DNA of 64,000 nucleotides from Acidimicrobiales bacterium (GTDB taxonomy: Bacteria > Actinomycetota > Acidimicrobiia > Acidimicrobiales > Bog-793): contig JBEKMC010000001.1 of assembly GCA_050008715.1 (NCBI GenBank), forward strand, positions 25,280-89,279, given 5' to 3'. A model generated the notes under the pieces. It had not been told where the DNA came from. It saw only the letters and a program-made list of their open reading frames with translations, and searched no databases. Of this stretch, positions 45,796 to 55,976 are shown one piece after another. The position numbers and the translations under genes are program-made. Position 1 is the first letter of the stretch. Each line of letters starts with the position of its first letter.

Positions 45796-48700
45796 ATCGG
45801 TCCCACGAGCTCGGTGAACGCCTTCATCTCGTGATCATTGCTCGCACGTTCCCAGAGCTCGGCCCGATCCGTCGTGCACAACGCGTCGAAGTCGCAGTAC
45901 TGGCAGTTGTCGTACTGCGACTGGAGCAGGCGCCCCGGGTGCGGAGGGAAGCAACCGGCGTCGATGGTCGACACGAGCGTCTCGAGCACATCGTGGAGGG
46001 CCGCAGCCACTTCTTCGTTCAACTCCACAGGGATCACGGCGTAGCCGGCCACCGCCTGCACGAAGCGATATTCGGCACGAGCTGGCTGGCGGAGGGTGAG
46101 CTCCCGACCGAGGACCTCGACGGCGGCTTTCGCGTAGATCGGGAGCTGAAGGTGACGACCACGCCCGAGCGGATCCGTGAGAATGTCCTGGAAGTTGCCG
46201 GACCTCCCGCTCTTGTAGTCCACGACCACGAGGCGGCCGTCGGCGGTGACGTCGACACGATCGATGCGGCCGCGGAACAGGACGTCGCGCCCGGCGGCGT
46301 GGGCCACGACTGGCCGTCCCTCCCCACCGAAGTCGAGCTCGACCGACATCGGAACCCGGCCCGCAGCGACGGAGTCCGCCACGTCCCGAGCGACGTACCG
46401 CTCGAGATCCCGCAGGATGCGCGCCCGTTCGGTGTCCCAGAAGATCGCCTTGCCAGTCTTGCCCGATCGCTCGAGCTCCTCGAAGGCGGTGTTCGCGAGG
46501 TCACGCAGCCGGGCACGGGAACGCTCGTCGATGACCGTGACCGGCACGACGGTGCCGTTCTCCTCGAAGAAACCCTCCAACACCGCGTGCATCAGCGTCC
46601 CCCGCTCACGCGCATCGATCACCACGAGGCGCTCCGGCTGCTCGAGCTTGCTGACACCGAGCTTGCGGTCGACGAAGAAACGGAACGGGCACGCCGCGAA
46701 AGTCTCCAACCCTGTGGCCGACAGCGGGTGGACCCAGGCATCCTCAGCCAGGCCGGCGGCGGGTACGTACCCGGCATAGGGGTTGAGGCCGCCGGCACGG
46801 CGATCGAGGGCAGCTTGTCGCCGTCGCCGGTAGTCACCGTCCAACAGCTCCAGGAAGGAGGGCGCCTCGCTGCTGGAAATGGCCAGGAGGGAGGCCAGCT
46901 CGAAGTCGGCGGCGTCCGATGCGGCCATGCCGTCGACGACCTGGCGGATCGAGCCGGCAAACGACGGAACGTCGGTGAGGCGGCCGTCGAACAGCTCGGC
47001 CGCCCACCGGGACGGGTAGGCCGCCCGACCGACGCGCACGTCGATGCGGGCAAAGGAGGCAGATGACCTTGCGGAGGCCGACAACGCCCAGAGGAGATGA
47101 CGGCGGCCTGCTTCGTCCGCCTGCTCCCGCTCCGCCAGCGAGGCCACCTGGTCGCGCTCGGATCTCGGCAGCAGGGGATCGTCACGCCGGGGGGCCGGCA
47201 GATCGCCCTCGCGGCACCCGAGGACGATCAGCAGATCCGAGCTCGTGCCCGCGACGGCGCGGAGCGACCCCACTGCCGGCCCGGCGCCGAAGCGGCCGCG
47301 GTCACCAGCTGGGCGGTCAAGGGCAACGTCGAGGGCGACGGCAAGACGCCGTAGCCGCTCCGAAGCCGAGAAACGGCCAAGCGGCTCGAGAGCGTCGAGG
47401 GCGTCGAGATCGCTCACGGCGTCGGCGATCGTGGTCCGTTGCTCACCTGGCTCGAGCAGTTCCTCCAGCGCGTCGTCGGTCCATCTTCGAAGCGCAGCCC
47501 AGCTGTCGGCCCGCGCGGCCGCCGAAACGAGAGCATGCAGCCGTTCGACGAACTCGAGCAGGTCGGCTGCGACCTGGGCCGCCGGCGTGGGCTCGGCCGC
47601 CGGGTCTCGCTGAAGACGGGCGATGTGGGTCCGAAGACGGTCGCGCCACTGGGAGATCCCGCTCAAGACGCCGGCAGCTCGTGAGCAGCGGTCCCAGGCG
47701 CCGACGGGGACGGCACCCTCTGCGGTGACACTCGCCAAGTGGCGAGCCAGGCCCTTGTCCGAGCGGATCGGTCCGCTCGACAGCCAGTCGATGACGTGGC
47801 CGCGATCGAGCTCCTGCCCCGGCAGCGCCGGCATCGCCAGCGCTACGAGACCGATCAGCAGCCGCGCATGCGGCGTGTCTCGGAGGAGCTGACGGTCGCC
47901 GCCGCTGTGCGGGACGCCGGCGACAGCCAGCTGTTCGGCGATTCGCCGGTGCAGCTCGGGCGCCCGTGCGCCATCGGGAAATGTCACCACGCACCGCCCG
48001 AGATCCCCGCCGTCCTCGGCATGAGCGATGAGGCGGCGCACCGCTTCGCGCACCTCGACGTCGTCATCTGGAGACGAGGAGAACTCAGTGAATCGGACGG
48101 CGTCGGCGCCGGAGCCGACCGTGGGTGCCCCCAGACCAGTCGCCCCGGCGCCGGCGGCCGCCGCGGCAGTGCCGACCACCTCAATCTCACCGCGTGACAC
48201 ACCGCCGAAACCGTCGGCCAGCGCCGCCAGGAACCTGTGGATCGCCCTGTCGGCCAGTTCGTCGCCGGTCACGCCGGCGAGCACGAGCAGCTCGAGGCGT
48301 CGTGCCAGCGACACGAGCAGCCCGGCCTCCGCCGGCCCGAGCGGATCAGGCAGGTAGAGCACGACGTTGCCCAGCTCGGAGACGTCAGCACCGCCACCGG
48401 CAGCCAGCTGGTCCATGGCGGCCCGGAGAAGGTCGTCGCTGTCGTGATAACCGGCCTCGAGGAGCTGCCGCATCGCCCGCACGAGGGCGACGACGTCGCC
48501 GGCCCGGGCGCTCGTCGAGGCGAGGCGGTCCAGTTCGACCGCCGATGCCCGGCGAAGGTCTCGGTACGTCGTGGCGAGGCTCTCCTCCGTCGCCTCGTGC
48601 CCGGCGACGGGGGCGAGAACACCCGGCACCACGCCGAGGGCGACGCGGGCGGCGGTGCGGACTGCGACCGGCGTCAGCGGCCGGCGCCCACCACGGGCGG

Positions 48701-48959
48701 CGCCGGCGGCGCCGAGCTGCTGGACCAGTGCAGCGAGCGGGGCGAAGCGAACGGCGGCGAATGCCCCGCGTTCGACGAGGCGCCGCCGCAGTGACAATCC
48801 GACGATCGGGCTGCGAACGACAACCCAGACCGGGGCCAGGCGGTCGGCGACATGCACCCGTTGCAGCTCGTCCACGAGCGCCGCCTCCGCCGCCACGCCT
48901 GGGATGACCCGCTCGATCCGACCTGCCATTGGGACGATGGTACGAGAGGGGTGTGTCAA
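45792..48959 (-). CDS. adnA: helicase-nuclease partner subunit (AdnA/AddB-like) with Fe-S cysteine cluster
   Basis: The 1055-aa product has a nuclease motif (GRIDRVDVTADGRLVVVDYKSGR) and cysteines at FAACPFRFF and CQYCDFDALC. Its stop overlaps the adnB start. The start is TTG 48959 or ATG 48929. Confidence 0.75.
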   Translation of the reverse strand: MTHPSRTIVPMAGRIERVIPGVAAEAALVDELQRVHVADRLAPVWVVVRSPIVGLSLRRRLVERGAFAAVRFAPLAALVQQLGAAGAARGGRRPLTPVAVRTAARVALGVVPGVLAPVAGHEATEESLATTYRDLRRASAVELDRLASTSARAGDVVALVRAMRQLLEAGYHDSDDLLRAAMDQLAAGGGADVSELGNVVLYLPDPLGPAEAGLLVSLARRLELLVLAGVTGDELADRAIHRFLAALADGFGGVSRGEIEVVGTAAAAAGAGATGLGAPTVGSGADAVRFTEFSSSPDDDVEVREAVRRLIAHAEDGGDLGRCVVTFPDGARAPELHRRIAEQLAVAGVPHSGGDRQLLRDTPHARLLIGLVALAMPALPGQELDRGHVIDWLSSGPIRSDKGLARHLASVTAEGAVPVGAWDRCSRAAGVLSGISQWRDRLRTHIARLQRDPAAEPTPAAQVAADLLEFVERLHALVSAAARADSWAALRRWTDDALEELLEPGEQRTTIADAVSDLDALDALEPLGRFSASERLRRLAVALDVALDRPAGDRGRFGAGPAVGSLRAVAGTSSDLLIVLGCREGDLPAPRRDDPLLPRSERDQVASLAEREQADEAGRRHLLWALSASARSSASFARIDVRVGRAAYPSRWAAELFDGRLTDVPSFAGSIRQVVDGMAASDAADFELASLLAISSSEAPSFLELLDGDYRRRRQAALDRRAGGLNPYAGYVPAAGLAEDAWVHPLSATGLETFAACPFRFFVDRKLGVSKLEQPERLVVIDARERGTLMHAVLEGFFEENGTVVPVTVIDERSRARLRDLANTAFEELERSGKTGKAIFWDTERARILRDLERYVARDVADSVAAGRVPMSVELDFGGEGRPVVAHAAGRDVLFRGRIDRVDVTADGRLVVVDYKSGRSGNFQDILTDPLGRGRHLQLPIYAKAAVEVLGRELTLRQPARAEYRFVQAVAGYAVIPVELNEEVAAALHDVLETLVSTIDAGCFPPHPGRLLQSQYDNCQYCDFDALCTTDRAELWERASNDHEMKAFTELVGPI

Positions 48960-48995
48960 GGACTGCGTTTGTGGACAAAGCGGGGTTTCGGAAGC

Positions 48996-49634
48996 TCAGC
49001 TCGGCAGCGGTACCTCCTCGAGCCGGCCGTCCGACAATTCCCACCAGTCGTCACAGCAGTCCGCCACCTCGGGGTCGTGCGTGGCGATGACGACGAGCCT
49101 GCCCCGACCGGCCACGTCCAGCAGCAGCCGCAGCACACGTTCTCGGCTGTCGGCATCGAGCTCTGCGGTCGGCTCGTCGGCGATGATCACGTCGTGCTCG
49201 CCCGCCAGCACTCGTGCCACCGCCACGCGTTGCCGTTGACCTCCGGACAGCTCGGTGACGAGCCGGTCCTCCGTGCCCGCGAGCCCGACGGCGGCGAGCG
49301 CACGAGTCGAGCGGCTCTCGATCTCGTCACGAGGCGGGACCAGGGCGGCCGCCTGCATCGGTAGCGAGACGTTCTCGACCGCCGTGAGGCTGGGCGCCAG
49401 CCCGAAGGTCTGCGGAACGAAACCCACCCGCCGCGTCGACCCGGACAGCTCCACCCGCCCCTCGTCCGGCTGGAGCAGGCCGGCGAGCACCAGCATCAAC
49501 GTCGTCTTCCCGGAGCCGGAGTGCCCACTGATCGCCACCGCTCGCCCGGCGTGCGCTGACAAGTCGAGGCCGTCGAGCACCTGGCGGCCGCCGAGCCGGA
49601 CCGAGAGCCTGCGCGCTTCGATTGCCGCCGCCAT
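48996..49634 (-). CDS. ABC transporter ATP-binding protein (212 aa)
   Basis: Walker A (GHSGSGKTT), signature (LSGGQRQR) and Walker B (IIADEPT) are present. Confidence 0.85.
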   Translation of the reverse strand: MAAAIEARRLSVRLGGRQVLDGLDLSAHAGRAVAISGHSGSGKTTLMLVLAGLLQPDEGRVELSGSTRRVGFVPQTFGLAPSLTAVENVSLPMQAAALVPPRDEIESRSTRALAAVGLAGTEDRLVTELSGGQRQRVAVARVLAGEHDVIIADEPTAELDADSRERVLRLLLDVAGRGRLVVIATHDPEVADCCDDWWELSDGRLEEVPLPS

Positions 49635-50515
49635 CAGGCGTCCTCCGGATCGGCGCGAGTGAGCTGGATGCCGTCGGCCCGCTCCGACAGGCGGAAGAGG
49701 GTTTGCGGCGGGAAGCGTGTGAGCACGTCCGGCGGGAGCTGCAACGTGCCGTCGCGCCCGACGACGGCGTACTGGCCGCCCTTGCGGCCTTCGGCTCCGA
49801 CGCGACCGTCGCGGATCGTGACCGTGCGGGGGACCGATGCGGCAACCGCAGGGTCGTGCGTCACCATGACCATCGTCGCACCGACGCCGTCGTGGAGCTC
49901 GTGAAGGGCCTCGATGACCTCACTGCGTTGTGCGTGATCGAGCTGGCTCGTCGGTTCGTCGACGAGAAGCAGGTTGCCGCCGCCGGCGGCGCCGACGGCG
50001 AGGGCGACGCGCTGCAGCTCGCCGCCGGAGAGGCTGCCGATCTGCCGCTGGGCGAGGGCATGGATTCGGAGCAGCGACAGCAGCTCGTCAGGCGCCGGCG
50101 GCGGGGGCACGTCATGCCGGCCACTGGAACGGGCGCCACGACCGGCGAACACGACGTTCTGTCGGACGCTGGCGTACGGCAGCAGGTTGGCGAGCGGGTC
50201 CTGCAGGACGATGCCGACATCGGTGGCGCGGTACCGCCGCAGCTCTGCCGGCGTCATCCGGGTGACGTCGCGGTTGCCGACGAGGACCTGGCCGGCAGAT
50301 GGGCGCAGCAGTCCGCCCAGCATTCGCAGCAGGGTGGACTTGCCAGCACCGGACGGCCCGAGCAGGGCCACCATCTCGCCGGCGTCGATGGTGAGATCGA
50401 CGCCCCGCAGCGCGATGACCTCGGCGCCGTCAAGGTGGTAGAGGTGAACGACGTTCGAGCAGTCGATGGCGAGGCCTGCAAGGCGCTCGGCTCCGCCGAC
50501 GATGGTGGACGTCAT
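49634..50515 (-). CDS. ABC transporter ATP-binding protein (293 aa, C-terminal extension)
   Basis: Walker A (GPSGAGKST), signature (LSGGELQR) and Walker B (LLVDEPT) are present. Its start overlaps the permease stop (ATGA). Confidence 0.85.
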   Translation of the reverse strand: MTSTIVGGAERLAGLAIDCSNVVHLYHLDGAEVIALRGVDLTIDAGEMVALLGPSGAGKSTLLRMLGGLLRPSAGQVLVGNRDVTRMTPAELRRYRATDVGIVLQDPLANLLPYASVRQNVVFAGRGARSSGRHDVPPPPAPDELLSLLRIHALAQRQIGSLSGGELQRVALAVGAAGGGNLLLVDEPTSQLDHAQRSEVIEALHELHDGVGATMVMVTHDPAVAASVPRTVTIRDGRVGAEGRKGGQYAVVGRDGTLQLPPDVLTRFPPQTLFRLSERADGIQLTRADPEDA

Positions 50516-53500
50516 GTGCTCGACCTGACGTCTTCGGGTCGGACGCGCCGCATCGTGAGCAGGCTGGCGAGCATCCCTCCGACAAGCAGCACGATGAGCA
50601 CCGCGGCGGCGGCGACGACTGCGGCGGTCACTCCGGTGCCGACCGAGGTGGGCAGCACCGGGCCCTGGCGACCCGGCGGGAATTCCGGCAGCAGGCTCAA
50701 GCTGAGCTGGCCCGCCACGATGCCGGCCACGACTCCGAGGAGGACGCCGACGACCACGACGACCGCCTGCTCGATGAGGAGGGAACGACGAAGCGGCTGC
50801 AACGGGACACCGACCGCCGCCAGTGCGGCGAATTCGAGGGAGCGCCGGCGAGCGTCGGAGGCCACCGAGAACAAGACGGCCCCGAGGGCGAGCAGCGTTG
50901 CCCCGAGGGCTGCCAGCACGAACATGTCGAAGGCGAGCGACGGAGCGGTGTGCCCGAGCGACTCGGCCGCCTCGCCGGCCGTCGACGTGGCGAGGACCGT
51001 GACGCCGTTGTCCGAAAGGCGATGCAGGAGGGCAGCACTCGGCCGGTCGTGGCACCAGACCTCGTAGGTGACGCTCCCGATCGGGCCTTCGTACTTCGCC
51101 TCGGCAAAGGCCAAGTCGATCAAGGTGGCGTTGTCGCCGATACCGGGCAGTGCGAGGGCCTCAGTCCGCGCAACCGTGGTGATGGCCGACCCGTCGAGAC
51201 CGGTGGCTGGGAACTGGCCCGGATCGGCCGGGTTGGCGTTGAGCGCCGCCAGCGTCGTCGTGACGACGGACGGGACAACGCTCGGTGCGTCGTCGGGGCC
51301 GATCGCCGGCATCGGCGTGGAGGCGACCGCATTGAACGTCACCGAGACCTGTGAGCCGGTCGCCGAGAGGGAGACCGAGCTCGACTGGTCCGAGGAGCTC
51401 GTCGGGGTCGCCGACGTCCAGTCCCCCGGGTTCGTGAGGCCGATGTCGGCCGGGACCCACCGGCCGCTGCGATCGGCCTCGACGCCGGACAGCTCGATGG
51501 GGACCGTCACCGCGTCGACGTTGCTGTTCTGCGAGGGGTTCCACTGCAGATAGATCGAGTCGATGCGGCACACGAGCGTGCAGGCATAGTCGAGGGACGT
51601 GCTCTCTTCTGCCGTGCCCTCGTGCAACGGAGCGCCGAGGACGAGCGAGGCGCTCGTGTCGTTCTGCTCGTCGAACAGATTGAGGACGAGCTCGGGTGCG
51701 GGTTTGACGGCCGTGTTCAGCCGCACCCTCATGCGGATTGCCGAGGCGTTGGCGAGCGTGGCCTCGGGCGCGGAGGGCGGATGCAGGTCGGCCGCGACGG
51801 CGGATGCGGAGGAGGGTCCAGTCGTCGTACCTGACGGCCAGCTGGCGATTGCGGCAAAACGAGTGGCGTCCACGGCGAGCGTCGGGCTGCTGGCGGAGAT
51901 CTTCGCGACGGCCATGGCCTCGCGTCCGGATGGATCGGCGTTGTCGACGGCTTGCAGGAAGTCCACGCCGGACGCGAGCCGCACCGTCAATACGTCCGGA
52001 GCGCCCACCTGGAACGCCGCCTGGGTGGCACGGTTCCTGTCCGCAACTTCGTAACCGGCTACGGAGAACACGAGCACACCTACAGCGATCACGAGCACGA
52101 CGACGCGGCGGGCAACACCCGCCCGCCGCATGATGCTGCGGCTCGCGAGGCCGAGCGCGACACGCGGCGACCAACGCGTGGCTCGGACCACGGCACGGGA
52201 CGCCAGCGGCAGCAGGCGAGCGCCGAGGATGCCGGCGACGAGCGCGAGCGCCCCGGGCGTGAGCGACGCCAGCGGATCGAGCGGGGCACCACCGGACGTC
52301 GATGAGTGGGTGCTCACGAGCTCGACGACGGCCGCAGCCGCGAGGACGACGACGAGGAGGTCGACGATCGAGGCGTTGCGGCGACTGCGGCGCTCTGAGG
52401 CGGAACGACCTTCACGAGCGAGCGAAGGTCGAACGAGGGCTCGAGAACCGATCGCAGCCGCCCCGAAGCCCGCCACGAACGTGCCGATCGCCACCACCAC
52501 TGCCAGCCCGTCCACCGACGTGCCAGTGCCCGCCTCGAACACGTGAGGGGCCAGCATGGCGACGAGCAGCCAGCCGAGCTCGAGGCCGACCGGAGTGGCG
52601 ACCGCCAGCAAGATCGCCGGCTCCCGCAAGGCCACAATGGCGATGGACCGGCGGCTCAGTCCCCGCAGCTCGGCGATCTCGAGGTCGCCGCTGCGCTGGG
52701 TCGCGTTGCTGGCGGCGACCTGGTAGAGCACGAGGAGCCCGAGCAGAACGAGCTCGAGGGCGGCGGCGGCAACGATCGTCCGCATCTGGCTCTCCTGGTT
52801 GACGACGCCCTCTAACACGCCGGGAAGCCCAGAGGTTGCCAGCAATTGGAGGGACGGCAAGGAGATCTCGAAGGACGACAACTGGCTGAGGATGTGGGGG
52901 ATCTGTGTCGCCTCGATGACGGACGGGCGCAGTGGGACCTGCCCGAACGCGGCCGTCGGGAAGAGCAAGGCTTGCCGAGCCGCCCCACCGCTCGAGACGA
53001 AGGCGTCGTCGATGTATTCGACGCTGCCCTCGGACGGGCTCGAGGTCTTGATCGTGCCGTACAGGAAGGGGTTCTCACCCCACCAGTAGGGGGCATCCGG
53101 ATTCCCCGTCTCATAGAGGCCGGAGACGACGAGCGGCTCGTTGCGGCGGCCGATCACGTTGCCGACGTGGGTGCTCAGCAGCGCGGCCGAACGAGTGCTG
53201 AGGAGAACCTCGTCGCTCCCGCTCGGGCAGTGGCCTGCCACGATGTCGAGCTGCGCGCAGACCCCCGTGCGGGACTCGATCTCGACGGCGACCATCTGCT
53301 TGCTCGTCGGATCGAGCAGCTCGGCCGACACGTCCACGGTGACGATCGGCGGCCCGTAGCGGTCCGTCGGCGCAGTCCCCGAACCTCCTGGGAGCTTGCC
53401 GAGGGCGCGCTCCAGATCCACGGTCGAACCGCCGGTGACGCCCTGCACAGGCTGGATGAGGATGCCGTCGGCGCTCGGCACGACGGTCGAGAGGGTTGCG

Positions 53501-53667
53501 TAGGTGACCGACTGGTCCGCCGCCGCGAGGTAGATCGGGCCGGCCGTCGCCGCGGTGACGGCCGCCACGGCCACGAGCAGGAAGACGAGCGACGACCCCA
53601 AGCGCCAGCGGATCGACTGCCAGACCAGGCCACCTCTGTGGCGACCATGCGGCTGTTTCGACGTCAC
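50512..53667 (-). CDS. large FtsX-family ABC permease (two FtsX modules, 1051 aa)
   Basis: The GTG start gives MTSKQPHGRHRGGLVWQSIRWRLGSSLVFLLVAVAAV.... Two TM bundles are separated by large extracytoplasmic domains. It lies adjacent to the two ATPase genes. Confidence 0.7.
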   Translation of the reverse strand: MTSKQPHGRHRGGLVWQSIRWRLGSSLVFLLVAVAAVTAATAGPIYLAAADQSVTYATLSTVVPSADGILIQPVQGVTGGSTVDLERALGKLPGGSGTAPTDRYGPPIVTVDVSAELLDPTSKQMVAVEIESRTGVCAQLDIVAGHCPSGSDEVLLSTRSAALLSTHVGNVIGRRNEPLVVSGLYETGNPDAPYWWGENPFLYGTIKTSSPSEGSVEYIDDAFVSSGGAARQALLFPTAAFGQVPLRPSVIEATQIPHILSQLSSFEISLPSLQLLATSGLPGVLEGVVNQESQMRTIVAAAALELVLLGLLVLYQVAASNATQRSGDLEIAELRGLSRRSIAIVALREPAILLAVATPVGLELGWLLVAMLAPHVFEAGTGTSVDGLAVVVAIGTFVAGFGAAAIGSRALVRPSLAREGRSASERRSRRNASIVDLLVVVLAAAAVVELVSTHSSTSGGAPLDPLASLTPGALALVAGILGARLLPLASRAVVRATRWSPRVALGLASRSIMRRAGVARRVVVLVIAVGVLVFSVAGYEVADRNRATQAAFQVGAPDVLTVRLASGVDFLQAVDNADPSGREAMAVAKISASSPTLAVDATRFAAIASWPSGTTTGPSSASAVAADLHPPSAPEATLANASAIRMRVRLNTAVKPAPELVLNLFDEQNDTSASLVLGAPLHEGTAEESTSLDYACTLVCRIDSIYLQWNPSQNSNVDAVTVPIELSGVEADRSGRWVPADIGLTNPGDWTSATPTSSSDQSSSVSLSATGSQVSVTFNAVASTPMPAIGPDDAPSVVPSVVTTTLAALNANPADPGQFPATGLDGSAITTVARTEALALPGIGDNATLIDLAFAEAKYEGPIGSVTYEVWCHDRPSAALLHRLSDNGVTVLATSTAGEAAESLGHTAPSLAFDMFVLAALGATLLALGAVLFSVASDARRRSLEFAALAAVGVPLQPLRRSLLIEQAVVVVVGVLLGVVAGIVAGQLSLSLLPEFPPGRQGPVLPTSVGTGVTAAVVAAAAVLIVLLVGGMLASLLTMRRVRPEDVRSST

Positions 53668-53695
53668 TCCGAGACGCTAACGCAATATGTCGGTT

Positions 53696-55957
53696 TCATG
53701 ACGGCCGGTACCGGCGCGGTCCGAGCGGCCCAGGACCGCCCCGAGCCTCGACCAGCTGCCGGATGAGCGGGAGCACATGCGCGCCGACAATCGCTCCGCA
53801 GTACGGCGCGAAGTGGATGCCGTCGCTGTAGCGGCACAGGTGCCCGTCGACGGTGGCATCGAAATGGTTGCCGGGAGAGACGTAGGAGTCGAGGTCGACG
53901 AGATGGACCTGCCGCGGAAACGCTGCCGCCAGCCGGGCGAGCATCCCGTTGATGAGCCCATGGCGCTGAGCCGACGATGCCGGGGCGGGTGACCCGTCGG
54001 CGAACGGTGCCGGATCCACGTAGGGAACCGTCAACACGACGACGGGGATGCCGCCGGCGCCCTCGGTCCGCACGAACAGCTCCATGCGGCTGAACAGGTA
54101 GGAGTCGAAGGCGGGTTGGCCGATGTGGACCTCGTGACCGCCCCACTGCCAGTTGAAGCAGTCCCAGTAGCCCATGAGCACGACGAGCGCCTGTGGGTGG
54201 ACGGCTTTCTCCTCAGCGCGCCAGGTAGCGAACTGATTGCGGCAGGGAGTGAATTGTGCCGAGAAAGCCAACCCGGGACCCCATTGCCCGAGACCCCGGA
54301 CGCCGAAACTGCAACCGATCGCCGCGTCGTCGCTCAGCAGCACTCCGTAGTGCTGCTGGTCGGATCCGAGTCCGAACGCCAACGTGAGAGCCATCGAGTC
54401 GCCCATCACCATCGCCCGAACCGGCGGGCACGTATGGAAGGTCTCGTACGCCGGGATCGTCGTCGGCAGCCGCACCGAGCACGGTCCTTGATCCCCGGCC
54501 CAGGACACTCCAGGGATCGGTGCCACCGTGGTCGTCGGCTCGTTAGGCGGCGGGTCCACCGTGCCCACCCCTGCCGCCGAGGGCACGCCGGAAGCGACGA
54601 CGAGGGCGGCGACCGCCACGGCGGCTGCCGGTGCCGCTGCGACCCGCACGGCCCAGGCCGGCCAGCGGCGTTGCCGGATCGGCTGTTCTATGGCGAGGTA
54701 GCTCGCGATCGACACGGCGAATGTGGCCCCGACGCGCACGACGAACAACGACCAACCGGCAAGACCGGTGGACTGCTCGTCGAGCCAGATGAAGAGCGGG
54801 TAGTGCCACAGATAGAGCCCGTAGGAGATCCGCCCGATCGAGCGCAGCGGCCACGTAGCGAGCAGGCGGGCAGCGGGTGCTGCGGGGGCGAGTGCGACCG
54901 AAGCGATGAGGGCGACGACGGCGACGTCGAAGACGAGAAACCCTCCCCGGTAGATCCCGCCGCCGGTGCCACCACTCCCGCCGGCGAGGTACATGCCGCC
55001 GATGACGGCGGCGAGTCCGGCGAGGCCGAGGACTCCGAGAGCCGCCACGGTGGCGGCGGGACGGCCGTCTGCGGCTCGGCCTTGCAGCCGCCAGCCGGCA
55101 GGACGGCCGTCGCGTTCGGCCCATTGGCGCCACAGCTTCTGCCTGCCGGCGGGACGGCCGTCGCGTTCGGGCCGTTCACGCCACAGAGCGAGGCCGACGG
55201 ACAGCGCTGCACCGGCGAGGAGGCCCTGGGCGCGCGTGTCGGTGCCGTAGTAGACGCGGTTCAGACCGCCGCCGCCATGGAAGAGCCACGACATCTCAGC
55301 GGCCGAGGCGACCGACCCCGCCACTGCCAGCACCAAGAGCGCCTTGAGCCCCCGCGACCGCCCGGAATCGTCAGGACGGAAACGGCCGGCGAGACGCAGG
55401 ATGCCGAGGACGATGAGCGGCCAGACGAGGTAGAACTGCTCCTCGATCGCCAGTGACCACGTGTGCTGCAGTGGTGAAGGCCGGGCTGTCTGTGCGAAGT
55501 AGCCGGCACCGGTCCAGATCTGGTGCCAGTTACCGACGTAGAACAGCGTGGCGAGGCCGTCCGGCAACAGGTCGGGAACCGCTGCAGACGAGCCGGCAAC
55601 GGCCTGGTAGAACCCCACGGCGGCGACGAGGCAGAACAGCGCCGGCAACAGGCGGCGCGCCCGTCGGGACCAGAACTGCCTGAGGCCGACGGTGTGCCGG
55701 TCAGCGAACTCTGCCACCAGCAGCGAGGTGATGAGGAATCCGGACAGGACGAAGAACACCTCCACGCCGAGGAAGCCGCCCTGAGCCAACGACACCGGAC
55801 TGCCGTGAAACGACACACCGCCGTGGTAGAAGAGCACTGCCACGATCGCGAGCGCTCGGACACCGTCCAGTGCGGGCTGGTACGCCAGCCGCCGACCGGC
55901 CCCCCTGGGAGCCTTGGAGTCGCCGATCGGGGCGGCGTCGTCGGGGGCCGGTCGCAT
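53696..55957 (-). CDS. acyltransferase-3 (OafA/OatA-like) membrane domain fused to SGNH hydrolase domain
   Basis: The AT3 N-terminus reads LDGVRALAIVAVLFYHGG...GFLGVEVFFVLSGFLIT. The C-terminus has an SGNH-like VMGDSMA. An alternative ATG start lies at 55999. Confidence 0.8.
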   Translation of the reverse strand: MRPAPDDAAPIGDSKAPRGAGRRLAYQPALDGVRALAIVAVLFYHGGVSFHGSPVSLAQGGFLGVEVFFVLSGFLITSLLVAEFADRHTVGLRQFWSRRARRLLPALFCLVAAVGFYQAVAGSSAAVPDLLPDGLATLFYVGNWHQIWTGAGYFAQTARPSPLQHTWSLAIEEQFYLVWPLIVLGILRLAGRFRPDDSGRSRGLKALLVLAVAGSVASAAEMSWLFHGGGGLNRVYYGTDTRAQGLLAGAALSVGLALWRERPERDGRPAGRQKLWRQWAERDGRPAGWRLQGRAADGRPAATVAALGVLGLAGLAAVIGGMYLAGGSGGTGGGIYRGGFLVFDVAVVALIASVALAPAAPAARLLATWPLRSIGRISYGLYLWHYPLFIWLDEQSTGLAGWSLFVVRVGATFAVSIASYLAIEQPIRQRRWPAWAVRVAAAPAAAVAVAALVVASGVPSAAGVGTVDPPPNEPTTTVAPIPGVSWAGDQGPCSVRLPTTIPAYETFHTCPPVRAMVMGDSMALTLAFGLGSDQQHYGVLLSDDAAIGCSFGVRGLGQWGPGLAFSAQFTPCRNQFATWRAEEKAVHPQALVVLMGYWDCFNWQWGGHEVHIGQPAFDSYLFSRMELFVRTEGAGGIPVVVLTVPYVDPAPFADGSPAPASSAQRHGLINGMLARLAAAFPRQVHLVDLDSYVSPGNHFDATVDGHLCRYSDGIHFAPYCGAIVGAHVLPLIRQLVEARGGPGPLGPRRYRPS
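55094..55195. repeat. 2 x 51-nt imperfect tandem duplication inside the acyltransferase gene (third partial copy near 55054)
   Basis: gccggcaggacggccgtcgcgttcggcccattggcgccacag... is repeated at a 51-nt period. It encodes ERDGRPAG-type repeats in the linker. Confidence 0.85.
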
Positions 55958-55976
55958 GAGCCGTACAGTTTCGCAA

